A stretch of 64,000 nt of DNA from a virus (lineage: Duplodnaviria > Caudoviricetes). Positions 58,969 to 64,000 of the stretch are shown here, in pieces. Below the pieces are notes generated by a model, which saw only the letters and a program-made list of their open reading frames with translations, had not been told where the DNA came from and made no database searches. The stretch lies in IMG/VR virus record IMGVR_UViG_3300029288_000092, positions 55,311-119,310 of that record; one strand, given 5' to 3'. Made by a program: the position numbers and the translations under genes. Position 1 is the stretch's first letter, and every line of letters starts with the position of its first letter.

Positions 58969-60828
58969 TTGAAAATGATAAATTGGAATGCATTGCAGAC
59001 GAGGGCGGTTGATCCTTATAGCAGTTACAAGTCTTCCAATGTTAATAAGATTTCATACTTATTATCATTTGATGGAAGAGGGATTGCGTCCGGATTGGTT
59101 GTGACTATATCAGATCCAACAACGCTTCAAATCACTCAAGGAGTTGCTCTTAAGGATAATGTGACACTGAGATGGGATCCTACCTTCTTATTACCTATTT
59201 CTGAAACAACAGGATCATGGGTTGTTGGTGATAATTGGGTTGTAATGGTTTATAAATACATTGAAACCAAAATAGAAGATTATAAGATTGCCAAAGTTGA
59301 TGTTATACCCGTTGCAAGTTATGATCCGGAATGGCATTTGATATTAGCCAAGGTGACTATTGATGGAAGTGGAAACTTCGTTTCAATAGATTCTAATCCA
59401 CCAGAAAGACCGTCCATAGATTTTGGAAGCCATAATAATCTTCCTGGCTTACAAGGTGGGAATCCTTCATTAAATCAATTCTATCATTTAGAATTTTGTG
59501 ATTGGCAAAATGTTCACAATTGTTGTTGGTATGTTTCTGGTGCATTTATAGCCATAGACGGAAGTATAACTCCTTGCTGTGATATAAGTTGGGATAATAA
59601 CAAACTCACTGACCTAGCGAATCCTGTGAGTTCTGGGGATGCTGTAAATCTTCAAACATTAAACGCTTGCATTGGTGGTGCTGGTGGTGCAACACAATTT
59701 ATACAATTAACAGATACACCTGCAGCATATTGTGCTGACTGTTGGCTTAAAGTTGATGGCGCAGGAGTCGCTCTTGAATTTGTTTCTGCTCCCACTGGTG
59801 GTTCTCAATACTTATCTACTCTATGTGATGTATCATTTTGTTGTCCAGACAACGGGGCTTTTCTAACATATAACTGTACAAGTGGTGTATGGGTAGATAC
59901 TCTTACTGTTCTGGAAAAATTACAATATGCTGGTGATGTGAATTCCACTGGTTTGGTAGATGGATGTATACTGAAATATAAAACCGATCTATATGGTCCT
60001 GGATCTCATGGTTGGTGTCCTGCCCCACCAGCTGCAGTTGGGAATGTATATTTCACGGATTTGTGTGATGGCCCGGGTTCTATTCCATCCAATAATGGAT
60101 GTATATTAGTTTCATCATGTTCTGGATCTAGTATATCATGGGCAGATCCATATGCTGTAACCGTTCCTGCATTGTGTTGTGTTGGAGATGTGTGGATAAA
60201 TAATTGTGGTTTTCCAGTTGGTGGGGTTCCATCGTTAGAAGCTGGACATACAATAGTATGGAATGGATCGCAATGGAATAATGCAGCTGTTACTGGTTGT
60301 TTCAGGGATGATACGTCATCATATTCTTTATGTTCTTTCTCAACAACAACAAACTCATTATATGTACAAGCGGATAATAGCAATGCTGCTGTTTTTTGTG
60401 TGTGCGATCATGGGGATATGTCCGGATCAAACGCAGTATTTGTCCATGCTGAAGCTCAGGCATTGTCTGTATGTGCGAAATGCATGGGAATATGTTCTCA
60501 AGTAAATGGACTGACAGCAATATATGCATATGCTGCAAATAACACTATTTGTGCTGTCGCGGAATGCGGTGTTGGCGGCACAGGCACTTGTGCCATAAAA
60601 GCAAGGGCTGTCAATTATGCTGTTCTTGCTTGTTCAACCGGAAGTGGAAGTTTTGGTATTGTTGGGTGTGCTCCAATAGATGGTTATGATTTTTATGCTG
60701 CTGGAGCGGGTGGAAAAATCAGAGCAAAAGTATTTAACTCCGAAGGCAGTAATGGACTAAATTGCTTGGTTTCTGTGTGCGGTACCAATATGTGTTTTTG
60801 CGGAGGCATATTAGTATCTGTAACATAA
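58969..60828 (+). CDS. Tail fibre-like protein, Cys-rich distal part
   Basis: HNNLPGLQGG..YHL, KLTDLANP, LTDTP, LSTLCDV fibre motifs; G/S/T/A-rich; C-terminal GGILVSV. Confidence 0.75.
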   Translation: MKMINWNALQTRAVDPYSSYKSSNVNKISYLLSFDGRGIASGLVVTISDPTTLQITQGVALKDNVTLRWDPTFLLPISETTGSWVVGDNWVVMVYKYIETKIEDYKIAKVDVIPVASYDPEWHLILAKVTIDGSGNFVSIDSNPPERPSIDFGSHNNLPGLQGGNPSLNQFYHLEFCDWQNVHNCCWYVSGAFIAIDGSITPCCDISWDNNKLTDLANPVSSGDAVNLQTLNACIGGAGGATQFIQLTDTPAAYCADCWLKVDGAGVALEFVSAPTGGSQYLSTLCDVSFCCPDNGAFLTYNCTSGVWVDTLTVLEKLQYAGDVNSTGLVDGCILKYKTDLYGPGSHGWCPAPPAAVGNVYFTDLCDGPGSIPSNNGCILVSSCSGSSISWADPYAVTVPALCCVGDVWINNCGFPVGGVPSLEAGHTIVWNGSQWNNAAVTGCFRDDTSSYSLCSFSTTTNSLYVQADNSNAAVFCVCDHGDMSGSNAVFVHAEAQALSVCAKCMGICSQVNGLTAIYAYAANNTICAVAECGVGGTGTCAIKARAVNYAVLACSTGSGSFGIVGCAPIDGYDFYAAGAGGKIRAKVFNSEGSNGLNCLVSVCGTNMCFCGGILVSVT

Positions 60829-60862
60829 TTTAAATTTATTAATTCATATTTTTTTCATATTT

Positions 60863-60895
60863 GGCGGAGATTGCACATATCTCCGCCTTCTTTCT
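60863..60895 (+). terminator. Intrinsic terminator
   Basis: GGCGGAGAT-TGCACAT-ATCTCCGCC followed by pyrimidine run. Confidence 0.75.
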
Positions 60896-61046
60896 CATCA
60901 CTTTTTTAATTTCCAATAACTACATATATTTATTAGTTGAATACGATTTTTTGTGGTTAAAGCTGGCTTAAAATCATGGAATTTTTATTTTCACACTACA
61001 AAGCTGGTTTTTTTCACAATAAATCAAACAAACTAGGAGGATTGTA

Positions 61047-61424
61047 ATGCCTACCGGAGAAAACGAAAGAACAGACATCATCAACAAAGAAAGAGTTATC
61101 GTCCCTGCAATAGAAGAGAGAGACGATGATGGCGACACTATTCTGAAGGTAGCAGCGGCAACAAAACCGCAGAGCCTTGCCGGTTCGATTTCAAGTATGC
61201 TTGATAAACGGGCTGATTGCAGATTGCTTGCGATTGGTGCTGGTGCTGTGAATCAGGCAGTCAAGGCAGTTGCGATTGCCAGGGGAATGATGGCTCCAAA
61301 AGGGTACGACGTGTCCATGAGCCCGTATTTTGCGAAAGTTAACATGAACAAAAACGATTCCACTGGGGAAGAAGCCGGAGAAAAGACCGGTTTGAAGTTC
61401 CAGGTGGTCCGAAGGCAAATCTAA
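61047..61424 (+). CDS. spoVS: Stage V sporulation protein S homolog
   Basis: LKVAAATKPQSLAGSI, AIGAGAVNQAVKAVAIARG, PYF. Confidence 0.92.
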   Translation: MPTGENERTDIINKERVIVPAIEERDDDGDTILKVAAATKPQSLAGSISSMLDKRADCRLLAIGAGAVNQAVKAVAIARGMMAPKGYDVSMSPYFAKVNMNKNDSTGEEAGEKTGLKFQVVRRQI

Positions 61425-61447
61425 ACAATCTATCCAGGAGGAAATAG

Positions 61448-61861
61448 ATGGATAGGGTTAAACAACTCAAAGAGTTGGTTGACGTTTTTTCAAAGAAACG
61501 TGATAAATTTATGGAAACTGGTGAAAGATCAGACGGTCTTGCAGCCAGGGTCACCATAAACGAGATATGCAAAAACTGCCTTTTATTAAGAAAGGATATT
61601 CTTGATTTGACAAAGAAAGTAAGAGCTGCTAGAATTACTGACAAAAATATTACCCCACTTCAAATTATGGATGGGGATGTAAAAAAAGCTCCAAAAACAG
61701 AGTCAAAAAAAGAAGTTAATGTATCTCTCGGATCAGAAACTTTGAAAAACAAAAAACCAAAAATTGAGTCAGGTGAAGTTAAAACTGAACCTGAAAAAGT
61801 TGAAGCTGAAGATGTAGTAAAAAAGAAAGCGATTCCGCTTTCTGAATTTAAATTGCATTAA
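61448..61861 (+). CDS. Second Hc1-like protein with K/E-rich tail
   Basis: DKFMETGERSDGLAARVTINEICKNCLLLRKDI resembles Hc1 core. Confidence 0.5.
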   Translation: MDRVKQLKELVDVFSKKRDKFMETGERSDGLAARVTINEICKNCLLLRKDILDLTKKVRAARITDKNITPLQIMDGDVKKAPKTESKKEVNVSLGSETLKNKKPKIESGEVKTEPEKVEAEDVVKKKAIPLSEFKLH

Positions 61862-61882
61862 TACTGAAAGGGTTAGTTATTA

Positions 61883-62641
61883 TTGACTAACCCTTTTTTA
61901 TTCAACTGTTTTTTGGAGGTGATACATATTGTGAAACTAAAACAAACATTATTTATTCATTTATATACCACTCCATCCGAAAAAATCATAAGATCTTATT
62001 TTAAAGATAACAACGAAAATATTAGAATTCTAATTGATAAATTGTGTGAAGAGAAAGAAGATAAATTCCTACCTTTTATTTATCAAGAAATATCTGGAAT
62101 ATCCATCTTAAAAATTTCAGAAGATATGAAAATATTTTCATATTTATTCACAAAAAGCAATGAAGAAACAGAAAGAGATTTGTTAAATAAATTTATTGAT
62201 AAAATTAAAAATAAATCAATAGATTTATCAAATACAAATAAAATTACAGTAAATGGTTATTATTACGTCTATAACATGTTAAATTTTTCATTGGAGAGAA
62301 ATAGAATTAAATCCCAGGAATTGAGTGAAATAGGTTGTAACAATAGTTTTGAGTTAAAGTTAAATGCTCATTTTAGAGATTATGCTTTTGCGGTTGGACT
62401 GTGTGATAAATACGACTTAGATTTAGAACGTGGATTTTACAATATAAATATAGATTATTTAAGGCAAATGATGGTCATGGATTCTTTTATTATAGCAAAA
62501 TTATATTATCTTCAAACTTTTAGGAAATTTGAATGGTTTAGTGATTTTGAAAAAATAAATGAATATCTTAACTTACAATTCAGTAAAACCATGAAAAATC
62601 TTATGGAAAAAACAACCGAAATAGAAACGACCCCACAATAA
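61883..62641 (+). CDS. Hypothetical protein
   Basis: Long ORF; likely start GTG ~61931 after GGAGGTGA. Confidence 0.6.
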   Translation: MTNPFLFNCFLEVIHIVKLKQTLFIHLYTTPSEKIIRSYFKDNNENIRILIDKLCEEKEDKFLPFIYQEISGISILKISEDMKIFSYLFTKSNEETERDLLNKFIDKIKNKSIDLSNTNKITVNGYYYVYNMLNFSLERNRIKSQELSEIGCNNSFELKLNAHFRDYAFAVGLCDKYDLDLERGFYNINIDYLRQMMVMDSFIIAKLYYLQTFRKFEWFSDFEKINEYLNLQFSKTMKNLMEKTTEIETTPQ

Positions 62642-62727
62642 AAAGTAAATTATTTTTTTCCTAACAAACCTAAAACTGATTTGTATTTGTGGTGAACAAC
62701 TATAAATACCTAGAATTTGGAGGGTTT

Positions 62728-64000
62728 GTGAGTGAAAATATTATGACTCATAAAGATTTTAAGAAAGTATTGAAATTTTATAATAATGATGAGTTTGCTG
62801 CAAAAACATGGGCTACAAAATACGGTCTAATAAATGATGATATAATTCTAACACCACAGGATGCATGGGAAATATTATCAGAAGAACTGGAAACAAAATA
62901 TATTTCTAAAGAAGAAATATTTAATGCTTTAAAAGGATTTAAATTTATTCCAGGTGGAAGGATATTACATGGTATACTGAGAATATATTATGCAAGAAAG
63001 AAAGGCGAAAAATTAAATTTAACACTGAGCAACTGTCTTTACAGTGGTGGACCAGAAGATAGTATGGAATCTATTATGGAGTTTGCATATCTTCACGCTC
63101 ATGTTTTGAAATATGGATATGGAAATGGGATGAATTTGAATAACTTAAGACCAAGTGGATGCCCGGTTAATAATGCTGCGAGAACAACCGCAGGAGTGGT
63201 TCCGTTTGCCAATTTATATTCTGAAATAACAAATACAATAGGGCATGCTGGAAGAAGAGGAGCCACTATTATATTTTTGGATTGCACACATCCAGATGTT
63301 ATAGATTTTATTAAATCAAAAACTAAAGATGAAAAATATATAAGTGGTGCCAATATAAGCGTGATGATTACAGATAAATTTATGAGGGCAGTTGAAGAGG
63401 ATAGCAAGTGGGAATTAACATTTAAAAATGATAAAGTTTCAATGGTTAAAGAATGTAAAGCGAAAGAGATTTTTGATTTAATTTGTAAAAATGCATGGGA
63501 TTGGGCGGAGCCTGGTGTTATATTTAAAGATAGAATGATAGACTATAATCCTGGATGTTTTCATGAAGAGAGTACACCAGAAGGGGTTAATCCATGCGGA
63601 GAATTAACTTTAGCAAAATCTGAGATGTGTTGTTTGGGTTCATTAATGCTAGACAAATTTTATAAAAATGAATCTTTTGATTTTGATGATTTCAAAAAAA
63701 TAGTTCGATGTGGTATTCTAATTTTAAACTCGGTTATAGATTATGAACTAAAGTATGATTTATTTGCTTTACCAGAAATAAAACAAAAAGCAATAGATTT
63801 TAGGCGTATTGGTCTAGGAATATCTGCTCTGGGTGATATTCTTGGATTATTAAAACTAGGTTATAATACAGACGAAGAAACAATTGCATTTACTAAAAAA
63901 TTATTTGAAACATTTAGAACCTCATCATATTTAGCTTCACAAAATTTATCAGCAGAACATGGTATAACAATTAAAGATTTTGATTCTAAAAAATATTATA
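62728..64000 (+). CDS. nrdJ: Ribonucleotide reductase, class II (adenosylcobalamin-dependent), partial
   Basis: Not in track (truncated). GTG after SD GGAGGG; FIPGGRIL, TLSNCL, LRP.G.PVNNAARTT, GRRGA, HPDV, GANISV, AEPG, NPCGEL, CCLGS, RRIGLG. Confidence 0.88.
   Translation, partial: MSENIMTHKDFKKVLKFYNNDEFAAKTWATKYGLINDDIILTPQDAWEILSEELETKYISKEEIFNALKGFKFIPGGRILHGILRIYYARKKGEKLNLTLSNCLYSGGPEDSMESIMEFAYLHAHVLKYGYGNGMNLNNLRPSGCPVNNAARTTAGVVPFANLYSEITNTIGHAGRRGATIIFLDCTHPDVIDFIKSKTKDEKYISGANISVMITDKFMRAVEEDSKWELTFKNDKVSMVKECKAKEIFDLICKNAWDWAEPGVIFKDRMIDYNPGCFHEESTPEGVNPCGELTLAKSEMCCLGSLMLDKFYKNESFDFDDFKKIVRCGILILNSVIDYELKYDLFALPEIKQKAIDFRRIGLGISALGDILGLLKLGYNTDEETIAFTKKLFETFRTSSYLASQNLSAEHGITIKDFDSKKYY

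Noticed and set aside
58969-60828. Stop-codon recoding or a diversity-generating retroelement behind the Cys-rich fibre
   Set aside because: Cys codons are ordinary TGT/TGC; genes end normally with TAA, TAG or TGA under code 11; no reverse transcriptase or template repeat is seen in the window.

Overview
This is a very AT-rich, gene-dense segment of a large tailed (myovirus-like) bacteriophage genome. It combines three things: a T4-like head module (portal, prohead protease, gp23-like capsid), baseplate, neck and fibre genes; a T4-like replisome (PolB, DnaB/gp41 helicase, primase, clamp loader, probable clamp, RNase H/FEN, RecA/UvsX, NrdJ); and a phage-encoded multisubunit RNA polymerase (beta and beta'). 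Genes are mostly on the minus strand up to about 42.9 kb and on the plus strand after it. The standout feature is a fractured beta' gene. It is cut immediately after the catalytic NADFDGD motif into two ORFs that carry the N- and C-halves of a naturally split intein with atypical termini (Ser1 ... Gln-Asp / Thr+1). A free-standing repeat-containing endonuclease gene lies between the halves, so intact RNAP should require protein trans-splicing. Other observations: two recurrent intergenic promoter-like motifs, a candidate sigma-like subunit, a candidate Csx16/Csx20-like ring nuclease, a ~640-nt structured non-coding region inside an amidoligase/ATP-grasp cluster, paralogous membrane-type head proteins sharing a propeptide, a very Cys-rich tail fibre, SpoVS, two Hc1-like proteins and a stand-alone LigD phosphoesterase. 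All calls come from reading motifs by eye; no database searches were run.
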